The notes below the pieces were generated by a model that saw only the letters and a list, made by a program, of their open reading frames with translations, made no database searches and had not been told where the DNA came from. A stretch of 64,000 bases of DNA from Alphaproteobacteria bacterium (GTDB lineage: Bacteria > Pseudomonadota > Alphaproteobacteria > GCA-2731375). Position numbers and translations under genes: made by a program. Positions 21,418 to 31,104 of the stretch are shown here, in pieces; position 1 is the stretch's first letter; each line of letters begins with the position of its first letter. The stretch is taken from positions 58,368-122,367 of the forward strand of contig CBDDBZ010000020.1 of NCBI GenBank assembly GCA_965225945.1. The letters run 5' to 3'.

Positions 21418-22223
21418 TTCAAATTGCCAGTTTTCCAAGCCTTTGACGCGTAAGAGATTTTTGGATCGCTGGCGCTCGACCCTATATTTTTCAAAGTATT
21501 GACTGTCATTTTAAGAAGACGCTTGCAGTCATAGGGCGACACTGGTACCTTATTTTCCTGTTGACATAAATTTGACGGGAGAGTGTGTACGGATGACGAG
21601 CGAGCGACAACCCAACCTCCAGCCGGGGACCATGAGGGACAAGGCCGCGACGGCGGTTCCTATCCCGGCGACAGGCCAACGAATTTATTTCTGGCAAGAG
21701 GATCTGGGCGGGTTCGTGATGTATGATTTTATACCATTGATTTAATTGATAATTTATATGTTATCATTTCTCCCGTAAGCGAAACGCAAGCGAATTCAGT
21801 CAAACTCCAGCGCTTGCGGGCGCATCTCTGACGTAGCTCCCGCCCGCCCCTCTTGAAGATACCTCGGCGGCCCACCGGGGGTTGCGGAAGCAGGCCGGGA
21901 TCGAGGGGGTACACGAATTCACGATCTGAGACACACTTGTGCCGCACCACCGTATCTTCTAGCTGCATAAATTATCGTAAACCATTGTAATTACGTTTCT
22001 TTTACTTTCCCTCTCTCGTCGGCCAGATTTCGCCAATTTCCAATCCGTGTACAAGCGGTCAGCGGATTGGAGTCAATGCGTGTCGTGACAGGTCCGTCTG
22101 AAACTATGATTCGCCGGCTCACCGGCCTTCACCAGTAACGATTCGGTCGTCGCGGGAGGTCGTCGCCAAGGCGGACGGAGTTTCCTTGTGTATCGCACCC
22201 GGTTCCTTGGACACAAGTTTGTC

Positions 22224-23135
22224 TCATGCGGCGGGCCTGAGTGACATCGCGGTGTGCCACGCCTGACGAGCTTGAGCGGGGCTCAGGTAGCCGTTCTTCT
22301 CCACGATCCACTGGGCATTGTACTGTTCGACGAACCCGCGGACGGCGTTCCGCAGCTCCGCGATGTTGCGGTAGATGCGGCCATGGATGATCTGTTCCTT
22401 GAGCGTGCGATTGAACCTCTCGGCGACGCCGTTGGTCTGGGGCTGTTCGACGAAGGCGTAGGACGGCTGGATGCCCCAGAACTTGATCTGGTTGGTGAAG
22501 TGGTCCGACAGATACTGGGAGCCGTGATCCATCCGCAAGGCCAGCCCCCGCGCCGCACCGGCGGAGGTCGAGGCATACAGCCTCGCAAGCCCCATGGAGA
22601 TCGGCTGAAGGGCGGCGAAGCGGTCGCCTCGCTTGCACACATGCCAGCCGACGCACTCGGCGTTCCAATGCTCGATGGCGGTGAATATCCAGCCCCAGCC
22701 GTCGTCCACCGTGAACACCCGAACGCCGTCCGTGCCCCACATGAGGTTGGGGGCATGGGTGATGATCTCACCGACATGGGGATTTCCGCCACGGCGGCGG
22801 CAGCGATGGGGCGAGAGCAGGTTGTTCTCGCGCATCACCCGGAGCACCCGCTTGCGGGAAACACGGATGCCACGACAGACCCGAAGCCGAGCCCAGACCT
22901 TGCGGTGTCCCTCGCCCTCCCAGGGGGATGCCTCCAGGTCGGCCTCGATGGCCACCAGCAGAGCCTCGTCCGAGATCGAGGGCTTCGGTCCCCGGCGCTT
23001 TGCTGGTGGGCGCTCAGCGGTGGCCTGCTGCCGGGATTTCATGGCGTAGAACGAGGAACGGGCAAAACCCCAGGCCGCACAGACCCGCTGGAGGCCGTAG
23101 GCCAAACCCGTGCCGGGAGAGGTGGCGGCACTCAT
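22224..23135 (-). CDS. IS3-family transposase OrfB (rve)
   Basis: WGTD, RMDHGSQY, QTNGVAERFNRTLKEQ. Confidence 0.9.
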   Translation of the reverse strand: MSAATSPGTGLAYGLQRVCAAWGFARSSFYAMKSRQQATAERPPAKRRGPKPSISDEALLVAIEADLEASPWEGEGHRKVWARLRVCRGIRVSRKRVLRVMRENNLLSPHRCRRRGGNPHVGEIITHAPNLMWGTDGVRVFTVDDGWGWIFTAIEHWNAECVGWHVCKRGDRFAALQPISMGLARLYASTSAGAARGLALRMDHGSQYLSDHFTNQIKFWGIQPSYAFVEQPQTNGVAERFNRTLKEQIIHGRIYRNIAELRNAVRGFVEQYNAQWIVEKNGYLSPAQARQAWHTAMSLRPAA

Positions 23136-23563
23136 CGCCGCGACCTCCGCCGCCCCAAAGGGCCGGACGTCTCCGTCTTGGCCTCCAGCAGTTCCACCTG
23201 CATGATCAACTCCCCGATCCGCTTCATGGCGATGTCCAGTTCCGCCTTTACCGGATCGCCCTTGCGTTCCTTGAGCGAGGCATCGATCCCGGCGATCGCC
23301 TTCTCACGCCACTGCTCGAGCCGGAAAATCTCCACGCCCAACTGCCGCGACAAAAGTTCCACCGGCTCGCCACGCAAAAGCCGCAGGGCAACCTCACGCT
23401 TGCGCGTCACCGTCCACCGCTGGCCAAGTCCCAGCGGGCCTGCCGGCGAAACCTGGCCCGGGGAAAACGTGGACGAGCCAAGCTCGCCCTCGTTTACCAC
23501 AGGCCCATCAACAGCAACTTTGTTCTCAAAATTGTCGGTCATGTTCCGGTCCTCCTTGGACAC
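23132..23563 (-). CDS. IS3-family OrfA (HTH)
   Basis: RWTVTRKREVALRLLRGEPVELLSRQLGV; ATGA overlap with orfB. Confidence 0.85.
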   Translation of the reverse strand: MSKEDRNMTDNFENKVAVDGPVVNEGELGSSTFSPGQVSPAGPLGLGQRWTVTRKREVALRLLRGEPVELLSRQLGVEIFRLEQWREKAIAGIDASLKERKGDPVKAELDIAMKRIGELIMQVELLEAKTETSGPLGRRRSRR

Positions 23564-24150
23564 TTCGATTAAGCCAATTCTGTGTCCAAGGAAATCGGGT
23601 CCGACTCACCACGATGGCCGGAATGCCTGCGCCGGGGGGGGGGGGGGCGCGAGTGGTGCGGGCGCAGGGAGCGGAGCGACTGAGCCACGGTCGCGTATTG
23701 CACCGGCGCTAGCCGCGCAGCGGCGTGGCATTGCGCGCTATCGCCGTAACGGAGCGTGAGCGGAGTGGAGGACCCCGCAGGGGTTGGCGCAGTGAGAACG
23801 TGTGGGACAATGAGACATCATGACGGGATGATTATTCTCCCACTCCCACGCCTCTCTTCCACCGTAACCGCGGGCTGGGTGCTGGCAATAGGGGGCACAA
23901 TCCGGGTCGCGAGGGTGCCCGCACCGATGGCAATGAGGTCGTCGTTTAAATCAGACAGGTCGGGATGATCATGATTTAGGGATTGCGGCGTTCCGCATAA
24001 CGGCGCCAAATGCGGATTGCGGAGCATTCGCCCAACGCTTTCGGTATGGGATGTATTTCCTGGACTCGAAGAGCACAGCATGAAAAAAGGCCGGTCCCAC
24101 GCCAATCTGGCGGGAACCGGCCCTGGGGTATGCGGGAGAAGAAAACCAGC

Positions 24151-24389
24151 TTAGAAGGGGATCTCGCTGTCATCCACCGTCGTGGCGGTTTCGGCGGCCG
24201 GCGCGGCGTCGCCGTTCGGCTTGTCGAGAAACTGGACCCTGCCGCCGGGGACTAGGAGGATCTCGGTCGAGAACCGGTCGCTGTCCTCGCCGTCCTTGCG
24301 CCACTTGCGGGTCTGCAGCTTGCCCGAGACGTAGACCAGGCGGCCCTTCTTCGCGTGCTTCTCCAGCATCTCCACCAGGCCGTCCTGGA
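24151..24389 (-). pseudogene. ssb: ssb 3' part (split by satellite)
   Basis: KKGRLVYVSGKLQTRKW...STEI...DDSEIPF acidic tail. Confidence 0.9.
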
Positions 24390-24511
24390 CTCGAACTCTC
24401 CAATGAAATCAACGTCTTAGGTCGTCCAACCCCCCCCCCCCCCCCCCCCCCCCAACCGGGGCATTGATTCCAAAAGGGAATTTTCCCGGTTGTCCAACCC
24501 GATTCGCGGCG

Positions 24512-25489
24512 ATGAGCGCCCAGCTTGAGCACCCGCTCGACTCCGTGCCTGAGCCGGTGCGGTCGCACGGTCTGCGGGCCGCGCACGTCGCTCCGCTGGT
24601 CGGCAGGCGGGTCGGGCCGGGGAAGCAATTCTGGGCGAGGCGCGTTCCCGCGCCGCACGCGTGGGCCTATCCGTACATCGCCATGGCCGATGCCGGCGCG
24701 ACCTGGGCAACGCTCACCTACGACTGCGACAACCGCCAAGCGATGGCTTTGGGCCTGAGCGAGCTGCCGTCGTGGAACTGGTTTGCGGAGACGACACGCG
24801 GGGCGCACGTGACCTGGGCGCTGGCCGTTCCGGTCGCGAAGCACGCAGCAGCACGGGCTGCACCAGAGAGATACCTGTCGCACGTGGCCGAATATTATCA
24901 TGCGGCGCTGGGTGCGGACCCAGCGTTCAATGGGCTCGGTAGGAACCCTGCGCATCCGGACGCCAAGGTGCTGTGGGGCGCGCCAAGGCCCTACACCCTC
25001 GATCAATTGGCGAGCATCTTGCCGTTCAACTGGCGGCGCCCGAAGGTGGCGACAACGGGGATTGGAAGGAACAACGACCTGTTCCGCACGGGCCTGCGCT
25101 GGGCCGGCCGGGAGGCGAACGCGGGCCTCGCCGTGTTGCCCGCCCTGCATGCCGTGAACGCGGAGGTCGCGGCGTTGCACGGCAAGCCGCCCCTGCCGGA
25201 CGCAGAGGTCGCCGGCATCGCCCGGTCAATCGAACGTTACCGCGAGAGATGGGCGCGCCAAGGCCACAAGCCGTCATGGTTGGCGAGGCAAGCGGCGCGA
25301 GGGCGCAAGGGTGGACGGCCGCGCTTGTATGAGCCCGGCCGGGAGCCATGGGTGCTGGAGGGCATCAGCCGGGCCAGCTGGTATAGACGGCGGCGTGAGA
25401 CAAAAGCCAATACAGATATTCCCCCCCTCGGGGGGCCTTGCTCTCCCCCTCCGTCTGCTCTACCTGAACCAAGATCGCTGGCGAGCTGA
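24512..25489 (+). CDS. ColE2-type replicase (primase/PriCT-1 + HTH)
   Basis: TYDCD, GAHVTWAL, LGADPAF...NP, GRNNDLF, PLPDAEVAGIARSI, EPWVLEGISRASWYRR. Confidence 0.85.
   Translation: MSAQLEHPLDSVPEPVRSHGLRAAHVAPLVGRRVGPGKQFWARRVPAPHAWAYPYIAMADAGATWATLTYDCDNRQAMALGLSELPSWNWFAETTRGAHVTWALAVPVAKHAAARAAPERYLSHVAEYYHAALGADPAFNGLGRNPAHPDAKVLWGAPRPYTLDQLASILPFNWRRPKVATTGIGRNNDLFRTGLRWAGREANAGLAVLPALHAVNAEVAALHGKPPLPDAEVAGIARSIERYRERWARQGHKPSWLARQAARGRKGGRPRLYEPGREPWVLEGISRASWYRRRRETKANTDIPPLGGPCSPPPSALPEPRSLAS
25396..25436 (+). promoter_or_regulatory. putative ColE2-like replication origin
   Basis: TGAGAC-AAAAGCC-AATA-CAGATA at the 3' end of rep resembles the ColE2 ori consensus as recalled; followed by a C-run/G-run hairpin. 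Confidence 0.6.
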
Positions 25490-25501
25490 AGGACACAGAG
25501 C

Positions 25502-25690
25502 ATGACGGAGCGCAAGGTAATCCTGGAACTCACGCCACGGGAGGCGCGCGCACTCGCGAGCTTGCTCGGTCAACTCCGCGCGGCGTTCGAGGGAATCGAC
25601 CGTGGGGGCTACAAAGGCACGGACCCGCTGTCCGGCTTGCAAAGCCGCCTTGAGGATGCGATCCGCGCTGCGGCGGATGATGACGGCTGA
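25502..25690 (+). CDS. small hypothetical protein
   Basis: 62-aa ORF with AAGGA RBS, co-directional in the satellite. Confidence 0.6.
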   Translation: MTERKVILELTPREARALASLLGQLRAAFEGIDRGGYKGTDPLSGLQSRLEDAIRAAADDDG

Positions 25691-25798
25691 CCCCCCCCCC
25701 TTATGGCACCGCCCAAATCGCCCGTGGGAGGGGCAGGATCGGGGTGGGGAGTCGCGAACTCCATGAAGACACCGGGCCATGAAGGAAGGGATCGAAGA

Positions 25799-26005
25799 AT
25801 GAAAAGAGACTGCGCAACATGCATGTTCTTTGACGGTGACTATCCTGGATTGAAAAGCCTTGAGGGGGTTTGCCGAGCCGTGCCACCGACTGTGGTCCTT
25901 GATGAAAACCAGTGGCAAACGGGTTGGCCAACCGTCTACGTGGGTGAGTGGTGCGGTGCGTGGCAGGCTGCGGATGACAAGCGGCAATCACAATCGGCTA
26001 ATTGA
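25799..26005 (+). CDS. small Cys-rich phage protein
   Basis: CATC...CRAVPP...WP...WCGAW; purine-rich RBS. Confidence 0.65.
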   Translation: MKRDCATCMFFDGDYPGLKSLEGVCRAVPPTVVLDENQWQTGWPTVYVGEWCGAWQAADDKRQSQSAN

Positions 26006-27482
26006 TTACCTGTCCAGCTTAACCGTCTCGCAAGGCCGTCTCGCCGGACAGGCGTTCGCCGTGCTGCCGTGGCAACGGCGGTTTGTGCGCGGCGCCTTCT
26101 CGCCGGGCATCCAGGCGGCGGCCCTGAGCATCGGCCGAGGCAACGGCAAGACCACGTTGCTCGCGGGGATCGCGGCGGCGACCCTGGATGGACCGCTCGC
26201 GGTGCCGCGTGGCGAGACCGTGATCGTGGCTTCAAGCTTCGAGCAAGCGAGAATCGGCTTTGAGCATGTTCTCGCATTCATGGGCGAGAAGCTGGACGAT
26301 CACGCGCGCTGGAAAGTTTGGAATACAGCGCAACAAGCCCGAATCGAGGATCGCAAGACAGGCGCCAGGGTGCGGTGCATCGGCTCCGATCCGCGCCGGG
26401 CGCATGGTCTGGCGCCGGTGCTGGTACTGGCCGACGAACCGGCCCAATGGCCAGAGAGCACGGGGGAGCGGATGGTTGCGGCGCTTCGGACGGCGGCGGG
26501 CAAGCAACCGCACTCGCGCTTTGTGGCGCTCGGCACCCGGCCGGCCGATGCCGAACACTGGTTCTCAAAGTTGTTGGTTGGTGGATGCGACTATGCGCAA
26601 TGCCATGCGGCGCGGGCGAGCGACCCCCCGTTTCAGCGGCGGACCTGGGCGAAGGCGAATCCCTCCCTCGCGCATATGCCGGATCTGGAGTCGGCGATCC
26701 GCACCGAGGCGAAACAAGCCCGCCAGGACCCGGCCTTGCTTGCCAGTTTCGAGGCGTTGCGGCTCAATCTCGGCACCGAGGATGCGGCGGTTTCCACGCT
26801 GCTCGACGCGGGCTTGTGGCGAGCGATCGAAGGCGTTGCCGAGCTGGACGGGCCGGCGGTTTGGGGCGTCGATTTGGGCACCAGCGCGGCACAGTCCGCG
26901 GTGGCCTGCTATCACCCTCAGACGGGCGCGCTGGCCTGTCTGGCGGCATTCCCTGCGGAGCCGACCCTTGCCGAGCGGGGCTTGCGGGATGGCGTCGGCG
27001 GGCTCTATGCCGAGTGCGCGCGGCGCGGCGAGCTGCTCACCCTGGGGCGGCATACCGTCGACGTGACGGCACTGCTACAGGCGGCGCTCGACCGATTCGG
27101 CCGGCCCGCTCGGATCGTCGCCGACCGATGGCGCGAGGCGGATTTGCGCGAGGCCCTGGAATCCGCCGGCGTGCCGCTCGCCGCGCTCGAATTTCGGGGC
27201 ATGGGCTTCCGCGACGGGGCGGAAGACGTGCGCGGCTTCAGGAAGGCGTGCGCCGACCGGCGGGTGACGCCGCAACCGTCGCTCTTGCTCCGGTCGGCGA
27301 TGGCTGAGGCCCGCACGGTCTCCGACCCGAGCGGCAACGCGAAGCTATCGAAGGGCTCGCAAGGCGGACGGCGGGCCCGGGCTCGCGACGATGCGGCGGC
27401 GGCGGCGATCTTAGCGGTTGCGGCTGGCATCCGGAACCGCGCCCCGCCGAAACGCCGGTGGCGATATGCCGGGATGGCGTGA
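25974..27482 (+). CDS. terL: terminase large subunit
   Basis: LPWQ, Walker A GRGNGKT, Walker B VLVLADE, WAKANPSL, nuclease GVDLG. Confidence 0.9.
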   Translation: MTSGNHNRLIDYLSSLTVSQGRLAGQAFAVLPWQRRFVRGAFSPGIQAAALSIGRGNGKTTLLAGIAAATLDGPLAVPRGETVIVASSFEQARIGFEHVLAFMGEKLDDHARWKVWNTAQQARIEDRKTGARVRCIGSDPRRAHGLAPVLVLADEPAQWPESTGERMVAALRTAAGKQPHSRFVALGTRPADAEHWFSKLLVGGCDYAQCHAARASDPPFQRRTWAKANPSLAHMPDLESAIRTEAKQARQDPALLASFEALRLNLGTEDAAVSTLLDAGLWRAIEGVAELDGPAVWGVDLGTSAAQSAVACYHPQTGALACLAAFPAEPTLAERGLRDGVGGLYAECARRGELLTLGRHTVDVTALLQAALDRFGRPARIVADRWREADLREALESAGVPLAALEFRGMGFRDGAEDVRGFRKACADRRVTPQPSLLLRSAMAEARTVSDPSGNAKLSKGSQGGRRARARDDAAAAAILAVAAGIRNRAPPKRRWRYAGMA

Positions 27483-27547
27483 GTCGGCCGCATCCGCGGT
27501 TAGAAGATCGACGCTATAATTGCCACCGGATAGTCTGACATCTCACA

Positions 27548-28042
27548 TTGGCAGGGGAAACAACCGTGAATAATTTATGGACAGCAATCTGCACCGGTGT
27601 GGTTGGAGGTGTAGCAGCCGGCCTTATTTTAGCCTTGTTTTTTTCGCTCCAAAGAAAATGCATAAGGTGGCCGGACCGTAAAGAACAGACCAAGTACCTT
27701 GCGGCGTTTATCGAAGATGCAAGGAAAAAGATACTCGAAGTCTAAAAACTGCGGTTGCCTGATCCACCAATGCCGGCGGTGGATTCGCGCATATTCGAGG
27801 ATATCCGTAGCTCTTATCATAAGAAATTTAGAGTCGAACTAACCTCGATGCTGTCTAATCGTTGCACTCGAATGACCTACGACGAAAAAGAACAAGTGAG
27901 TGAGATTTTCCTTCGGCACCATGAATTATTTCCAGTCTCTCACTTTTCGAGAGCTCAACACGTTGAGAGATTCTCAATGGCCGAGTCGATCACGTGGCTA
28001 GGTCTGAAGCCTACGAAACGTGACTTTCTCGATACCAAATGA
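27548..28042 (+). pseudogene. low-GC cargo gene (N-terminal TM) with in-frame TAA at 27743
   Basis: ORFs 27548-27745 and 27755-28042 share a frame; AT-rich; TATAAT at 27515. Confidence 0.6.
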
Positions 28043-28332
28043 AGGGTTCTCAACATCATAGACGGCTTAGTTACAAGCGCTGGCAATCGACCCGCCACGC
28101 CGTTTTCCGCCGCGACGGCTACCGTTGCCGCGCGTGCGGCCGGGCCGGTCGACTTGAGTGCGATCACATTGTCCCGCTGCATGTCGACGCCGGGCAAAAT
28201 CCCTACGACCCGGACGGTTGCCAGGCGCTTTGCCGACGATGCCATATCGAGAAAACCCGGCAGGAAAACCGCCGCGAGCCGACCCCTGCCGAGTCCGCAT
28301 GGCGCGAGCTGGTAGCGGAAATGCTGGATTAA
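28039..28332 (+). CDS. HNH endonuclease (HK97 gp74-like)
   Basis: CRACG...CDHIVP...QALCRRCHIEKT. Confidence 0.9.
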   Translation: MKGSQHHRRLSYKRWQSTRHAVFRRDGYRCRACGRAGRLECDHIVPLHVDAGQNPYDPDGCQALCRRCHIEKTRQENRREPTPAESAWRELVAEMLD

Positions 28333-28456
28333 TCCTCGATATTGCGCCGCGCCGCGTAATACCGAGCAATATCAGGGGCTTATCTGGGTTTTTCGTTGAC
28401 TTCTCACACTCGACACCCCCAACTAGTACTCGATTTGTTCTTCTCCGGGGGTTCCC

Positions 28457-29743
28457 ATGACCGATGCCCAGCGCCGTCTCCGCGAGCTTCGCGACCGCCA
28501 ATCGAAAGAGCGCGGCCGGATGGCCGAGCTTTCCCGCGTCGATAGCCTGACAGATGAGACTCGCGCCGAACTCGATCAGCTCGAGTCGGGCACCGCGGAT
28601 TTGGAACGGCTGCTCCGTGCGGCGCGAACCGCTGTTGAGACCGAGGAGTCCGAACAGCGCGCGGCCGGCGCTGCGGCGCGGGCGCCGGAGGGCGATGCCG
28701 AGACCCGCGAGCGGGCCGAGCTGCGCGGCAAGGTGAAGCTGACCGGCTACGTCGCGGCGGCGGTCGAACAGCGCGGCGCGGACGGCGCCGAGGCCGAATA
28801 CAACGCGGCGCTCGGCATCGCCGGTAACCGCTTCCCCCTGGAGCTTCTGGCGCCGCCCGAGAAACGCGCGTCGGTCGAGCAGCGCGCGACCACGGACGTT
28901 GACACCCAGACGATGCCGCGCCGCTGGTTGGATCGGCTGTTCGCCGGCACGGCCGCGATGCGGCTTGGCATCAGCATGGAAAGCGTGCCGGTCGGGGTGG
29001 CGAGCTTCCCTGTCACCACGGCGGGCGCCAGCGCGGCCCAGCGCCAACGGTCGAGCGATGCCGCCGCCGATGCCGCCTGGACGGTCGGCGTCACCGAAAT
29101 GAAACCAAAAAGAAACGCCGTCCGGTTGCTGTTCTCGATCGAGGACGCGGCGCGAATTCCGGGACTCGAAAGCGCGTTGACCCGCGATCTTCGAATGGCG
29201 CTGACCGAGGGCGTCGACCGGGCAATTTTCCTTGGCGATGCGGCCGCGACAGGCACGGACGCGGATATCGTCGGGCTAAACACGGCGGCGATCACCGAGG
29301 TTTCAGTCACACAAGCGAACAAGGTTCTTGGGCCCGGCACCCTTGCCGCCTTCACCGGGCTGGTCGATGGCGTTCATGCGAACATGCTGGGCGACCTCAA
29401 CGTGGTCGCGGCGGTCGGCGCATGGCGATTGTGGGAAGACACGATCGTCAACAGCGCCGCCGACAACATGACGCTGGCCGCGTTCTTGCGGATGGCCGGG
29501 TTGTCGTGGGCGGCGCGCGGCGAGATCGAAACCGCAACCGATGACGGCGACTTTGCGGCCTTCGTCGGGCGCGGCATGGGCATCGACGGCGCGGGCGTCT
29601 CAGCGATTTGGCAAGCCGGCGAACTGGTTCGAGATCCGTATTCAGCTGCGGCGAAGGGCGAAGTCGCGCTGACGCTAATATATCTTTGGGATTTCGCTTT
29701 GCCGCGCGCGTCCAATTTCGCCCGGATCGTCTTCGACGCCTGA
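28457..29743 (+). CDS. HK97-like major capsid protein with N-terminal delta domain
   Basis: Coiled-coil N-terminus, DLRMALTEGVDRAIFLG, LVRDPYS...GEV...D...R...F tail. Confidence 0.85.
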   Translation: MTDAQRRLRELRDRQSKERGRMAELSRVDSLTDETRAELDQLESGTADLERLLRAARTAVETEESEQRAAGAAARAPEGDAETRERAELRGKVKLTGYVAAAVEQRGADGAEAEYNAALGIAGNRFPLELLAPPEKRASVEQRATTDVDTQTMPRRWLDRLFAGTAAMRLGISMESVPVGVASFPVTTAGASAAQRQRSSDAAADAAWTVGVTEMKPKRNAVRLLFSIEDAARIPGLESALTRDLRMALTEGVDRAIFLGDAAATGTDADIVGLNTAAITEVSVTQANKVLGPGTLAAFTGLVDGVHANMLGDLNVVAAVGAWRLWEDTIVNSAADNMTLAAFLRMAGLSWAARGEIETATDDGDFAAFVGRGMGIDGAGVSAIWQAGELVRDPYSAAAKGEVALTLIYLWDFALPRASNFARIVFDA

Positions 29744-29842
29744 CGGAATAGGGTGGCGCCGTACCCCCGCCGCCGCCCTCAAGCTGGCCGGGAGCGCCCG
29801 ACCTCCATCGCCCCCGGCCGGCGCCCCCTTCGGAGGCGATCG

Positions 29843-30802
29843 ATGATGGAATTTGAGCGCCGCGTTTCAGGGATCGAGCTTCGAGCCGAGGGCCGGCGGC
29901 TGTCCGGCATCGTCATGAAATACGGCGACGTTTCTCCCTCGCACCGGGAGCGGTTTGAGCCGCGCGCGATTCGGCTGGCCGAATCGGTTCACCTCGACCT
30001 GCATCATGATCCCGAGCGCGCCATCGCCTGGCACCCCGGCGGCGGGCTCACCCTGGCCAACGGCCGCGCCGAGCTGAAAATGACGGCCGTGTTGCCGCCG
30101 ATCCCTGCGGCTAATCGTGCCTTGGACGAGATCCGCGCCGGCCGCGTCGGCGGTCTGTCGGTCGAATTCCGCGCCGTGAAAGAGCGGCGGGACGGCGATA
30201 TTCGGGTGATCGAGGATGCGATCCTGAGCGGCATCGCGATCGTGAAGGCCCCGAGCTACGGCGGCTCGCGAGTCGAGGCGCGGCGGCGGTCGGGCCGGAC
30301 CATGCGGGCGCGCATCCCTGCCGACCGGAGTGTCGAGTGCCGGTGCAGCGGAGCCGAGTGCAAATTCGCGAAGATGGTGAAGGAGGGCATGGAACAGGCG
30401 TTCAATTCGGCATTCCGGCAATTCGAGCGCGAGGTGATCGCCGGTTTCGGGAGCTACGACATGCCCCTTGCCTCGGCATCGTCCGGCACGCTTCGCGGGC
30501 GAATTCTCCTCAACGGCGATGGCGAGGTCGAGATAGACCTGCCGGCCGATAGCGTCGGCGCTGCGACCCTGGCCGCGCATGAAGCCGCCGGCGTGATCGT
30601 GCGGCCCCATATCGACGCGGCGGCGGCCGAGTCGACGGTCGAGGGCGGGACCCGCGTCTATCAGACCATGCCGATTCGCGCCTTCCTCGTTTCGGCGACA
30701 GATGCCCGCGAGGGCTGGCCGGCGCCGGTGCTTACCGCCACGCCCGAAGAGCTTGCGAGCGCCGAGGCGCCCCGAAGCCGGAGGCTCGCGCGGTGGCTGT
30801 AA
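29843..30802 (+). CDS. HK97-family prohead protease with C-terminal extension
   Basis: RLSGIVMKYG, ERFEP, LHHD, GLSVEF, IAIVKAPSY; GGAGG RBS. Confidence 0.85.
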   Translation: MMEFERRVSGIELRAEGRRLSGIVMKYGDVSPSHRERFEPRAIRLAESVHLDLHHDPERAIAWHPGGGLTLANGRAELKMTAVLPPIPAANRALDEIRAGRVGGLSVEFRAVKERRDGDIRVIEDAILSGIAIVKAPSYGGSRVEARRRSGRTMRARIPADRSVECRCSGAECKFAKMVKEGMEQAFNSAFRQFEREVIAGFGSYDMPLASASSGTLRGRILLNGDGEVEIDLPADSVGAATLAAHEAAGVIVRPHIDAAAAESTVEGGTRVYQTMPIRAFLVSATDAREGWPAPVLTATPEELASAEAPRSRRLARWL

Positions 30803-31104
30803 CCCTCACCGCGGCCGAGCTGGCCGAAGCTGTCGGCACCGACTCGGCGACGGCGACGCGGCTGCTGGTCGTGGCGACCGAGCTTGTGAACCGATACGCG
30901 CCGGACGCCCCGGCCGCGATCAGCAATGAAGCCGTGATCCGCACGGCCGGCTGGCTTGCGGAGCAACCGGCCGCGTCGATCACGGGCGAGACCGAAGGCG
31001 ATGTTCGGACGTTCTACGCGCCGACGATGCAATCGGCGCTTCGGCACTCCGGGGCGATGGCGCTTTTGACTTACTGGCGGGTCCGCCGGGCGGGGGCGAT
31101 ATGA
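30793..31104 (+). CDS. putative head-tail connector/adaptor
   Basis: 103 aa helical, APDAP...EAVIR...SGAMALLTYWR; position after protease. Confidence 0.7.
   Translation: MAVTLTAAELAEAVGTDSATATRLLVVATELVNRYAPDAPAAISNEAVIRTAGWLAEQPAASITGETEGDVRTFYAPTMQSALRHSGAMALLTYWRVRRAGAI

Larger units (their letters stand above)
22189..23608 (-). mobile_element. IS3-family element, copy 1 (1420 bp)
   Basis: TG...CA ends TGAGTCGGACCCGATTTCCTTGGACACA / TGTATCGCACCCGGTTCCTTGGACACA; same as 52770-54189; no DR. Confidence 0.88.

Noticed and set aside
27743-27745. Recoded stop in the cargo gene (and at 49524)
   Set aside because: Both are TAA, with no Sec/Pyl context; they are ordinary nonsense mutations
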